Origin: Cyanobacteriota bacterium
GTDB lineage: Bacteria > Cyanobacteriota > Cyanobacteriia > PCC-6307 > Cyanobiaceae
Reading direction: 5' to 3'
Assembly (NCBI GenBank): GCA_046052125.1
Contig: JBJOMY010000003.1
Span: forward strand, 192,001-256,000
DNA length: 64,000 nt
In this document: positions 40,728 through 48,167 of the stretch, one piece after another
Layout of the letters: each line of letters opens with the position of its first letter
Numbering within the stretch: the first letter of the stretch is position 1
Program-made: the position numbers and the translations under genes
The notes under the pieces: generated by a model
What the model was told of the DNA's origin: nothing
Seen by the model: only the letters and a program-made list of their open reading frames with translations
The model's database searches: none

Positions 40728-41162
40728 TCAATCCACGGGCACCGTCAGGGCTTTGGCCTCTTCGGCGCCGGCCTTCTTGGCGATACTCACCGTGAGCTCA
40801 CCGTTTTCACAGTGGGCATGCACGGTGTTGAGGTCGGCATCGCTCGGCAGTGAGAAGCTGCGGCTGAAGCTGCCATAGGAGCGTTCCACGCGGTGGAAGT
40901 GCGGATGCGTTTCCTCGCTTTCGCGCTTGCGCTCACCCTGAATGGTGAGCATGTCTTCGGCGATCGAAACGGACACATCCTCTTTGTTCATGCCGGGGAT
41001 ATCGGCTTTGAACAGATAGGTGCCGTCGCTTTCGCAGATATCCACACGGGGTCCCCATTCGCCTACGGGCATGGTGCTGCCAAAGCGCAATGTGGGCCAA
41101 TTGAAGGCGCGATCCACCATCGCTTCGATGTCAGTGAGGGGTTCCCACTTGATCAGACTCAT
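40728..41162 (-). CDS. Hsp20/alpha-crystallin small heat-shock protein
   Basis: P.VDI.E, ADIPG..KED, ERSYGSFSRSFSLP, NGEL. Confidence 0.95.
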   Translation of the reverse strand: MSLIKWEPLTDIEAMVDRAFNWPTLRFGSTMPVGEWGPRVDICESDGTYLFKADIPGMNKEDVSVSIAEDMLTIQGERKRESEETHPHFHRVERSYGSFSRSFSLPSDADLNTVHAHCENGELTVSIAKKAGAEEAKALTVPVD

Positions 41163-41243
41163 CGGATTGCCTCTTGGGAGATTGCTGGCTTTTTCAGGCT
41201 ATGGAGTGCTCTTGTTGCCTTGTTTCGATGCACACCATCTGGC

Positions 41244-41552
41244 TCAGATCAGCGGCGCTGCCCGCAGCCGACTTCTGCGGGCGTTCTCTTCGAGATTGCA
41301 GGGTTGGTAGTCGCCGCAGATCTGGTTGCGGCCGGTGTACGGCCACAGAGCCATCGGCACCTGCATGTCGCTCAGGCCATCACCACCGGGGTAGGGCGAG
41401 AAGTGCTGCGCCGCCTCGCTGATCTCGACGCGCTCGAGCGTGAACAGATTCGGAGCGTGGCGGGTGCACGGAGCGATCGCGCCCAGGGAGGTCATTTCCA
41501 TCCCATGGGATTGGTCCCAGTAGGAGCAGGTTTGGCAGTGCTGCGTATTCAT
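41244..41552 (-). CDS. Small four-cysteine protein (HiPIP-like spacing)
   Basis: HCQTCSYW...CTRHAP...WPYT....CGDY. Confidence 0.65.
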   Translation of the reverse strand: MNTQHCQTCSYWDQSHGMEMTSLGAIAPCTRHAPNLFTLERVEISEAAQHFSPYPGGDGLSDMQVPMALWPYTGRNQICGDYQPCNLEENARRSRLRAAPLI

Positions 41553-41633
41553 GGCGTGTGCGGGCAGACACCACCAGCCAAGGGGCCCCAGATGTGCGTT
41601 GCGTTGCCGCCTGCAGAACTGCAGCAGCTCAGC

Positions 41634-42359
41634 TCAATCGAGACAAATCCATTCCTGCGCGGCCAACAGATCGTTGCTGCTGAAGGTTTGGCTATCGGCC
41701 TGGCTGAAGCTCTTGATCAACCGCTGGGCGATCTGCTGCAGGGGCCCGTGGCTCACCACCGCCAGTTTCTGGGGGCGATGGCGATAGTCGCGGATCAGGG
41801 CCAGGTGCTGGCGCAGGGCACCCAGGGCCAGCCAGCCATCGAACTGCCGCAGATCCAGCAGCACCCTGGGCCGCTCCACCTGGCTGAACACGTTGGCGAG
41901 GTCGTCGTCGATGCGGGCGTACACCTCCTGATCGAGCATGCCGATCAGGGAGATGGTGATCACCTCGCCCTGACGCTCCAGGTGCACCGTGCCCAGCGCT
42001 TCACTTAGCCAACGGCGTGCAGCGTCTTGCTCACTGAGTGAGAAGATCTGCACTGGATAGGGCAACAGCAGCGCCAGAGCCCGGCAGGCGCGTTTCACCC
42101 AGGCGATGTCGGTCACCACGGCCAGCCGCTCGAATCCATCCCAATGGCGCAGCCCGAGATTGGCGTCATCCCAGGCCGCCTCGAGGCTCAGGCCCTGAAA
42201 ATCCGGCTCGATCACCACCAGCGCTTTGATCCGTTCGAATTCCTGCAGGGCGGCTTCCACCTTGGGAATCACCAGCCGCTGCATCTCCTCGCCGCTGATC
42301 TGACCGCTGCAGCTGAAACCGAAGCTGCCGTCCGGGAGATGTTCGATCAGCTGGATCAT
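41634..42359 (-). CDS. Tandem SpoIIAA-like (STAS/SEC14) domain protein
   Basis: Two repeats of G.I/L..., F.G(L/W)...A, (R/K)LAVV, F......A..W. Confidence 0.85.
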   Translation of the reverse strand: MIQLIEHLPDGSFGFSCSGQISGEEMQRLVIPKVEAALQEFERIKALVVIEPDFQGLSLEAAWDDANLGLRHWDGFERLAVVTDIAWVKRACRALALLLPYPVQIFSLSEQDAARRWLSEALGTVHLERQGEVITISLIGMLDQEVYARIDDDLANVFSQVERPRVLLDLRQFDGWLALGALRQHLALIRDYRHRPQKLAVVSHGPLQQIAQRLIKSFSQADSQTFSSNDLLAAQEWICLD

Positions 42360-42444
42360 CGCTGTGCGCAGAAAGGTCGGCCGAAACCTATGGATGGCGC
42401 CCTGCAGCGTTTTGGGCTTGCGGCCCGATTGCCGCAGGCGTGCC

Positions 42445-43554
42445 TCACCCCGGCATCAGGCACCAACCGCCGTCCTGGCGCTGGCAGCGCCAGCCGCTGG
42501 GGCAGAGATCGAGGCCCATCTGCCGCTCGAGCAGTTGGCGATCCGCCGCCGATGGCTCCCTCAGCTGGAAGCCCCGCAGCTGAAACGGTTGCAGCCTCAG
42601 GCTCAGCAGCTGGCCGCTCTGCCGCTGCAGCTCCAGGCCGTAGAGGCAGATCAGATCGCATCGCCAGGGGGGATGCGGCGGCAGGCCTTCGTAGTCGTTG
42701 ATTAGATCACCGCAGCCGTAGAGGATCAGCCGGCCCTGATGGATCTCCAGGGGCAAGGCGTGGTGGGAGGAATGGCCATACACCACATCAACGCCCGCCA
42801 GCTCGATCAGTTGGCGCGCCAGCCAGCGGTGCTGCTCTGGCACCACCGGCACCCAGTTGGCACCCCAGTGCAGCGACACCACCACGCGATCACCCACCTG
42901 GCGTTGGCGGTTGATGCAGCGGCAGAGCCATTTCACGGTGCCGCTGTTGATGGTGCTCAGCAGCGCCACACCGGGATGGTTCGGTTGGGCGGCCCAGGCT
43001 GGGGGCACGCCACTGCTGGTGAAGGCCCAGGCGAAGAGCAGGAGCTGCCGGCCATCGGCAAGGGCTAAGCGGGCGGGTTGCTTGGCCTGGTGGGGGTTGA
43101 GCCCGGCGCCGCAGCTGGCGATGCCGGCCTGGTGTAGGGCCCGGAGCGTGTCGGCCAGGCCGTTGAAGCCCCAGTCGAGGCAGTGATTGTTGGCGAGGCT
43201 GCAGGCATCGATGCCGGCCGCCCGCAGGCTGGCGATGTTGGCGGGGTGCATGCGGAAGTGCACGCCTTTGCCGGGCCACGGCTGGCCGCCGCTGGTGATC
43301 GCGGTTTCCAAGTTCACGACCCGCAGCTCGGGGTCAAAGCGCTGGATCCAGCTCAGGCTGTCGCCCCAGACGCGCTCCGGGCTGAAGGGTGTGGCGATCG
43401 GCCCGATTCGCTGTTCCGCCAGAGCCACGTAGTGACGTGCATCGCGGGCGACGGTTTCGTGCAGGGCTGGATCGCAGTGCTGGGGCATCAGTTGGTCGAT
43501 GCCGCGCCCGAGCATCAGATCGCCCCCCAGCAGGAGCTTCAGGGCTGCGGGCAT
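42445..43554 (-). CDS. CapA family protein (Rv0574c-like metallophosphoesterase fold)
   Basis: GGDLMLGRGIDQ, VNLETAIT, RMHP.N, LANNH.LDWG, SLHWG.NW, GHSSHH, YGCGDLINDYEG. Confidence 0.92.
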   Translation of the reverse strand: MPAALKLLLGGDLMLGRGIDQLMPQHCDPALHETVARDARHYVALAEQRIGPIATPFSPERVWGDSLSWIQRFDPELRVVNLETAITSGGQPWPGKGVHFRMHPANIASLRAAGIDACSLANNHCLDWGFNGLADTLRALHQAGIASCGAGLNPHQAKQPARLALADGRQLLLFAWAFTSSGVPPAWAAQPNHPGVALLSTINSGTVKWLCRCINRQRQVGDRVVVSLHWGANWVPVVPEQHRWLARQLIELAGVDVVYGHSSHHALPLEIHQGRLILYGCGDLINDYEGLPPHPPWRCDLICLYGLELQRQSGQLLSLRLQPFQLRGFQLREPSAADRQLLERQMGLDLCPSGWRCQRQDGGWCLMPG

Positions 43555-43715
43555 TGCCGCTCAGCTCGAATCGCTTCTCTCGGCTTAGGTGTGGCGGTGC
43601 ATCGCGATCGGCGGGCTCCGCGTTTGTGCGGCATTGGTGTGGGGGAAGCGCCGCCCTGGCCCGTGGCGGCGCTGAAACCGCGCACCCTGGCCGCAGTGCT
43701 TGCAGCGGTTTGCGG

Positions 43716-44210
43716 ATGGGGTGCAACAACGGAACCTTTCATCTCGAATCGCCGGCCTTCCGTGATGGCGAGCTGATTCCGGTGATCCATACCGGTGAAG
43801 GCCTCAACCTCTCGCCGCCGCTGCGCTGGAGCGGTGCCCCGGCGGCCACGCGCAGCTACGCGCTGCTGCTGGAAGACCCGGATTCACCGGCCGGCAGCTG
43901 GGTGCATTGGCTGCTGTTCAACATTCCTGCTGCGCTGCGGGCCTTGCCGGCCGGGCTTGAGCGCGCGCCCGAATTGCCCAACGGCGCCCGCCACGGCAGT
44001 TGCTGGGGGGTGGGGCGATTCGAGCGGATCGGCTATCAGGGGCCGTTGCCCCCTGCTGGCAGCGCCCATCGCTACGTGTTTGAGCTGGTGGCTTTGGATG
44101 CGGCCCTGGATCTGCCGCCTGGCTGCACGGTGTTTGATCTGCGAGCGGCGATCCGCGCCCATGCCCTAGCACGGGCTGAGCTCACCGGGCTGTACGCCAG
44201 TGGCGACTAG
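43716..44210 (+). CDS. YbhB/YbcL (PEBP / Raf kinase inhibitor-like) protein
   Basis: SPAF.DG..IP, SPPL.W, DPD.P..WVHW, Y.GP.PP..HRY.F. Confidence 0.92.
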   Translation: MGCNNGTFHLESPAFRDGELIPVIHTGEGLNLSPPLRWSGAPAATRSYALLLEDPDSPAGSWVHWLLFNIPAALRALPAGLERAPELPNGARHGSCWGVGRFERIGYQGPLPPAGSAHRYVFELVALDAALDLPPGCTVFDLRAAIRAHALARAELTGLYASGD

Positions 44211-44344
44211 GCAACCCGCCCCGTGAGTGTTAAAAAATCGACGCGGCAAACTGCTGCAAACTGCTGCACTCCTCTTCTTGCTTCTGTCATCCCCGGCGGG
44301 CGCTGTTCTGCTTGCAGCCCCCGTTCCTCCCGATTTGATCCCGC

Positions 44345-44563
44345 GTGACTGCTCGCAAACAGCTTTCGATGGTGTTGCCGGCTGAGCTGATTGAGGCGAT
44401 CAAGCAGCGCGCCACGGCTCAGGGGCTGAGCATCACCGCTTACATGTCGGCGCTGGTGCGCGCGGATTTGGGTCAGCCTGCATCGCCTGATCTGCATCAG
44501 CTGGCACAGCAGCTCGATGAGCTCCAGGCCCGTGTGGACGAGCTGGAGCGGTTGTGTCGCTGA
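44345..44563 (+). CDS. Ribbon-helix-helix regulator with coiled-coil tail
   Basis: QLSMVLP, RA..QGLSITAY, leucine-zipper C-terminus. Confidence 0.75.
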   Translation: MTARKQLSMVLPAELIEAIKQRATAQGLSITAYMSALVRADLGQPASPDLHQLAQQLDELQARVDELERLCR

Positions 44564-44647
44564 GACCTTGAGGAAGCTCTTGATCGCTGTAGATCTGTTG
44601 TAGAACTGCGGCGCGCCGTTTTTGGGTTGGTGGCTGACTTCTCGACG

Positions 44648-44803
44648 ATGCGGGTAAGCCGTAGCAGCCGGATCAGCGTGAACCTCACCCCAGAAGAGCT
44701 GGCTCAGTTCCAAGCCGTTGCTGATGCTGAGGGGCGCAGTGTGAGCAACCTTTGCCATCAGCTGATCCAGGCCTTTCTGGCGCAGCGCAACAGCTCCGAT
44801 TGA
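44648..44803 (+). CDS. Ribbon-helix-helix (RHH_5-like) regulator, 51 aa
   Basis: Hand-translated MRVSRSSRISVNLTPEELAQFQAVADAEGRSVSNLCHQLIQAFLAQRNSSD. Confidence 0.78.
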   Translation: MRVSRSSRISVNLTPEELAQFQAVADAEGRSVSNLCHQLIQAFLAQRNSSD

Positions 44804-44874
44804 GCTGCGGTTGTGCGTGGCAGGCCCTGGCAGGCCCGCAGCCTGCTTTGGCTTAGGTGTCCGTGGAGCCAACC

Positions 44875-45027
44875 ATGCAGCTGTTACATCACTGGGGCTT
44901 TACAGAGCAGGCCGAACGCTGGAATGGCCGGCTGGCCATGCTGGGTTTTGTGATTGGTTTGATCACTGAATTGCTTACGGGCCAGAGCGTGATCGCCCAG
45001 TTGCGGATGCTTTCGCCCTGGCATTGA
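44875..45027 (+). CDS. hli: High-light-inducible protein (Hlip/Scp)
   Basis: Hand-translated 50 aa containing WGFTEQAERWNGRLAMLGF..ELLTGQ. Confidence 0.93.
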   Translation: MQLLHHWGFTEQAERWNGRLAMLGFVIGLITELLTGQSVIAQLRMLSPWH

Positions 45028-45113
45028 GCAGAACTGCAGCAGCACAGCTTCAGGTTGTGTTGTTGCTTCCTTGAACGTTTCAGGCTGGTGTTGCCGTATG
45101 AGCGCGGAAGCGT

Positions 45114-45335
45114 GTGATGGACAACGCCAACTGGGAAATCGGTGTATCGGCAGACAGCTTGGATGAGCTGCTCAGTGGTGAGCAGGCAGGGATGAATCTC
45201 TGGTTTCTGGCTGGCTATGTGAAAGGGATCACCGATGGCCAGGCCCTGCAGGTGGGTGATCGACACCTCGTGCTGGAACCCGATGGCGACAACGGTTGGC
45301 GCCTGCGCTGTGGCGCGGTGGAGCCTGATCGCTGA
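45114..45335 (+). CDS. Hypothetical protein
   Basis: 73-aa ORF coupled by TGATG to the next ORF. Confidence 0.5.
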   Translation: MMDNANWEIGVSADSLDELLSGEQAGMNLWFLAGYVKGITDGQALQVGDRHLVLEPDGDNGWRLRCGAVEPDR

Positions 45336-45523
45336 TGAGCACGCTTCCGATCACCACCGCTTGCTACCGCAGCCGCATCGCTGCGTTGCAGAAGGAACTG
45401 CAGCTAATCCTTGATCAACTGCCGCAGGACCCGTGCAGCGCCTCCGATCTGCAAGTGCTGGAGGCGCGGGTACAGCCGATTTACGCCGCCATCTGGGCGA
45501 TGCACGCGGAGATCAGGGTTTGA
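45335..45523 (+). CDS. Hypothetical helical protein
   Basis: 62-aa ORF whose start overlaps the previous stop. Confidence 0.5.
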   Translation: MSTLPITTACYRSRIAALQKELQLILDQLPQDPCSASDLQVLEARVQPIYAAIWAMHAEIRV

Positions 45524-45542
45524 AGGGCCTAGGCCTTTGCCC

Positions 45543-45737
45543 TCACTGGATCTGGGGCCGTTGTAGTGGGGTGTGTGTGCTGCTTGTGCGGCGTTCCAGC
45601 GAGCTTTCGAGCAGGTAGGCCGCCAGGTTGCTGATCGAGCGACCTTCGCGGCCGCTGCGTTCCACCAGGGCCTCGAGGGTGGAATGGGCCACGGTGATCG
45701 TGAGGCGCTGGCTGGAGCGGAAGCTGCTGGAGATCAT
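45543..45737 (-). CDS. Ribbon-helix-helix (RHH_5-like) regulator
   Basis: RLTITV strand, EGRSISNLAAYLLE; paralogous to 37696..37977. Confidence 0.8.
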   Translation of the reverse strand: MISSSFRSSQRLTITVAHSTLEALVERSGREGRSISNLAAYLLESSLERRTSSTHTPLQRPQIQ

Positions 45738-45748
45738 CGGTGGATCCG

Positions 45749-45768
45749 TAAGGATTGCTTAAGGATTG
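45749..45768. promoter_or_regulatory. Direct repeat TAAGGATTG x2 with 11-bp period, candidate operator
   Basis: TAAGGATTGctTAAGGATTG just upstream of the 45737 RHH start. Confidence 0.3.
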
Positions 45769-45895
45769 GGGCTTGGCTTCGCTGTTGCCCAGTCCCTTCT
45801 TTTGGGACCCTTGAATTGGGGGGGGGTGAACTGAGTGGCTCTATTTTTGGTTCGCTTCGTTTTATTCAATATCTGCATGTACGCGGCTGAATGTT

Positions 45896-45916
45896 GATCT
45901 ACTAGCTTTGTAGATC
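45896..45916. promoter_or_regulatory. Inverted repeat GATCTAC-N7-GTAGATC, candidate operator
   Basis: Perfect 7-bp arms in an AT-rich divergent intergenic region just before the response regulator. Confidence 0.35.
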
Positions 45917-45933
45917 GTTTCTGTTTTGTTGAT

Positions 45934-46551
45934 TTGAGTGTTGTTGTGCTCGATGACCACCGGATGGTGGGGCAGTCCATCGCTGGTGTGTTGTCAGAGC
46001 TGGCTGGCCTGGTGGTTCTTGGCGTCTGCGCTTCGGTGGCAGAGGCCTGTGCCTTGATCCGCCAGTCACCGCCGCAGTTGCTGGTGTTGGATGTGGAGTT
46101 AGGGGCTGAGAACTATCGCGATGCAGCAGATCTGCATCTGCAGCTCAGTCCCCGCGGCGTATTGCTGTTTGTCACCGCCCTCGCGAGCCAGTTCACCCCA
46201 CCAGGAGATCTGGCTGAACGCACCATTGCCGTGGTGGACAAGGCCGAGCCCTTCGATGAGCTGCTGGTGGTGTTGAAGCGCTGGTGGCTGAACAGCCAGC
46301 AGCAGAGCGCCTTGCCGGGATGTTTGCAGCAGCTGCAGGCCATCCAGCTCCTCGCACCCCGCGAGCAGCGGTTGCTGCAGGAGCTCGGCTGCGGATTGCT
46401 CAACAAGGAGATCGCCGCGCGCCTGCAGCTCAGCGTTGCCACGGTGGAGACCTACCGCAAGGGTGTGGCCGCCAAGCTCGGCGTGAGCGGTCACGAGCTG
46501 GTGCGCCTGGCGGTGCTGGCCCGCGCCTTCAGCTGGATCGAGGTGTGCTGA
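45934..46551 (+). CDS. NarL/FixJ-family response regulator (REC + LuxR HTH)
   Basis: LDDH, LVLDV phospho-Asp, VT, DK; L.PRE..L...G..NKEIA..L..S..TV.TYR. Confidence 0.92.
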   Translation: MSVVVLDDHRMVGQSIAGVLSELAGLVVLGVCASVAEACALIRQSPPQLLVLDVELGAENYRDAADLHLQLSPRGVLLFVTALASQFTPPGDLAERTIAVVDKAEPFDELLVVLKRWWLNSQQQSALPGCLQQLQAIQLLAPREQRLLQELGCGLLNKEIAARLQLSVATVETYRKGVAAKLGVSGHELVRLAVLARAFSWIEVC

Positions 46552-46593
46552 TCGGCCGCCTCAAGCGCCAAACCATGACCGTCAGCAAGGTCT

Positions 46594-46848
46594 TCACCAC
46601 ATCGGGCAACTCCAGCTGCCGCTGTGCATGGGTCCGCTCCCTGGAGCGCCTCGCCCACAGCGCTCCAGATCAGTCATGGTGCTGGCTTGGTTGATGCAAC
46701 GCAGCCGCTGCTCGATCAGTGCGCGCTGCTGTTGGCTCATCTGCAACATCTGCTGGCGCCGTTGCTGCAGGTCTGAAGGTTGCGCCTGGCCTGGGGCTGC
46801 TGCGCTGAGAGGCGCCATAGCGAGCAAGGTGGCAAGGAGAGCGCGCAT
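46594..46848 (-). CDS. Small secreted hypothetical protein
   Basis: Signal peptide (..AQA), Gln-rich helix, C-x11-C. Confidence 0.6.
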   Translation of the reverse strand: MRALLATLLAMAPLSAAAPGQAQPSDLQQRRQQMLQMSQQQRALIEQRLRCINQASTMTDLERCGRGAPGSGPMHSGSWSCPMW

Positions 46849-47348
46849 GGATCGAGGTGTGTGGGGCTATCCATGGCCTACGGCTGTCGGGCGGCTTCAG
46901 CGCACCGCGAGCAGTTGTCGCGTCAGATCGACTGCATCTCGGCGGCTATGGCCGATGGCTACAGCACCGAAGAACCGGCTTTGCTGCCTGGCTCTGCCAG
47001 AGCTGCCGGGCTGCCTACAAGCTGAAGGCTGAGCCGTTCAGCCAGGGTCATCTCTGCTTCGGAGACTGCGTAGCAGGCCAGGACCGCTCCAGGTCTCAGC
47101 GTTTGGTGGTGAGGCCACGGGCTGAATGGTCGTTGAGGCTGATGCAGTGCAATCGGTCTTGATACCAGCTTGCTGGCGCAGCTGGCAGCAAATGAAGAAC
47201 AGCATCCAGGCACACATCGCTGATGGGCACGGCCGTGGCCATGAACACGCGACGCTCTGGATGCTGTAGGTGGCGCAGTGCGATCAGATGGCGTTCAGGC
47301 CAACATTCCACGCCAGGGATACTGGTCAGCGGACACGGCTGAGCGAAC

Positions 47349-48059
47349 TCAGATCAAAATGAACTGGTCGGCTGTGATCAGCGGCGCACCCTCAAAGATG
47401 GCGAAGAGTCCACCCTTGTCACCAAAGCCTTTGTCCTCAGCGTTGGCGTTGAAATACAGCCGGTGGGCTGACTCATCATAGATGATGTCTGCATCGGTTT
47501 TCGATGCGCGCCTAAGTTGCTTGCCAGACGAAACACTTTTGAACTCGAGATCGTCAATTCCCTTGAACACGCGGCGAGACAGCTCCAGTTTGTCGCCATT
47601 GGATCCATTGAATCCCATGATTCGATCCACACGCCGGATACCCTTCTTCCGGAAGTAATCCGGAGAATCGAAGCGCAGGTGCAATCCATTACGTTGCAAG
47701 CTTGTGTTTCCTGGGCTTCCGGACAGCGTGCCACCTGGATTTGCCGCAGTTGCTGGGATGCTGCCGCTGTTGCTTGTACTCATATTGTAGTTATGAGTAA
47801 TTGAATTATACTCCTGTGTGGTTGAGCTTAATTGGTAGTTGTAGATGATGGTGTTGGTTGAATAGTCGATTGTTGAGAGAACAGCAACCTGGTTGCCATT
47901 TGATGTATTTGTGTAGCCATTTCCTGTGATCGGGTCCACGGGAGCGGCCGCACTGGTGTCTGCTGGCAGGAGCGGGCCAGCAACTGCAGTTGAAGTTGGT
48001 TCGGCTGGGGTTACTGGTTGTTCTGTGTTGTCAGTGGCTTCTGGAAAGGACTCGCTCAT
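47349..48059 (-). CDS. Probable type I secretion cargo protein
   Basis: Low-complexity T/S/N-rich N-terminal half; C-terminal DKLEL..F, IIYD...LYFN.N....FG..GG.FA...G.P....QF resembling cyanobacterial RTX-type C-termini; follows HlyD. Confidence 0.65.
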   Translation of the reverse strand: MSESFPEATDNTEQPVTPAEPTSTAVAGPLLPADTSAAAPVDPITGNGYTNTSNGNQVAVLSTIDYSTNTIIYNYQLSSTTQEYNSITHNYNMSTSNSGSIPATAANPGGTLSGSPGNTSLQRNGLHLRFDSPDYFRKKGIRRVDRIMGFNGSNGDKLELSRRVFKGIDDLEFKSVSSGKQLRRASKTDADIIYDESAHRLYFNANAEDKGFGDKGGLFAIFEGAPLITADQFILI

Positions 48060-48167
48060 GCCGTGAGTGGTTGCGTGAATGACCTTCAAAAGCTATTGAT
48101 CCTCCTGTTGTCTGATGGCTAGAAACTGCATCAGGTGATGGGCGAAGTTGCCGCACTCTTGTTCAAG

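Noticed and set aside
46780..47311. Short ORFs between the small secreted protein and the cargo gene
   Set aside because: Several overlapping candidates with no motif or clear start; none can be supported.
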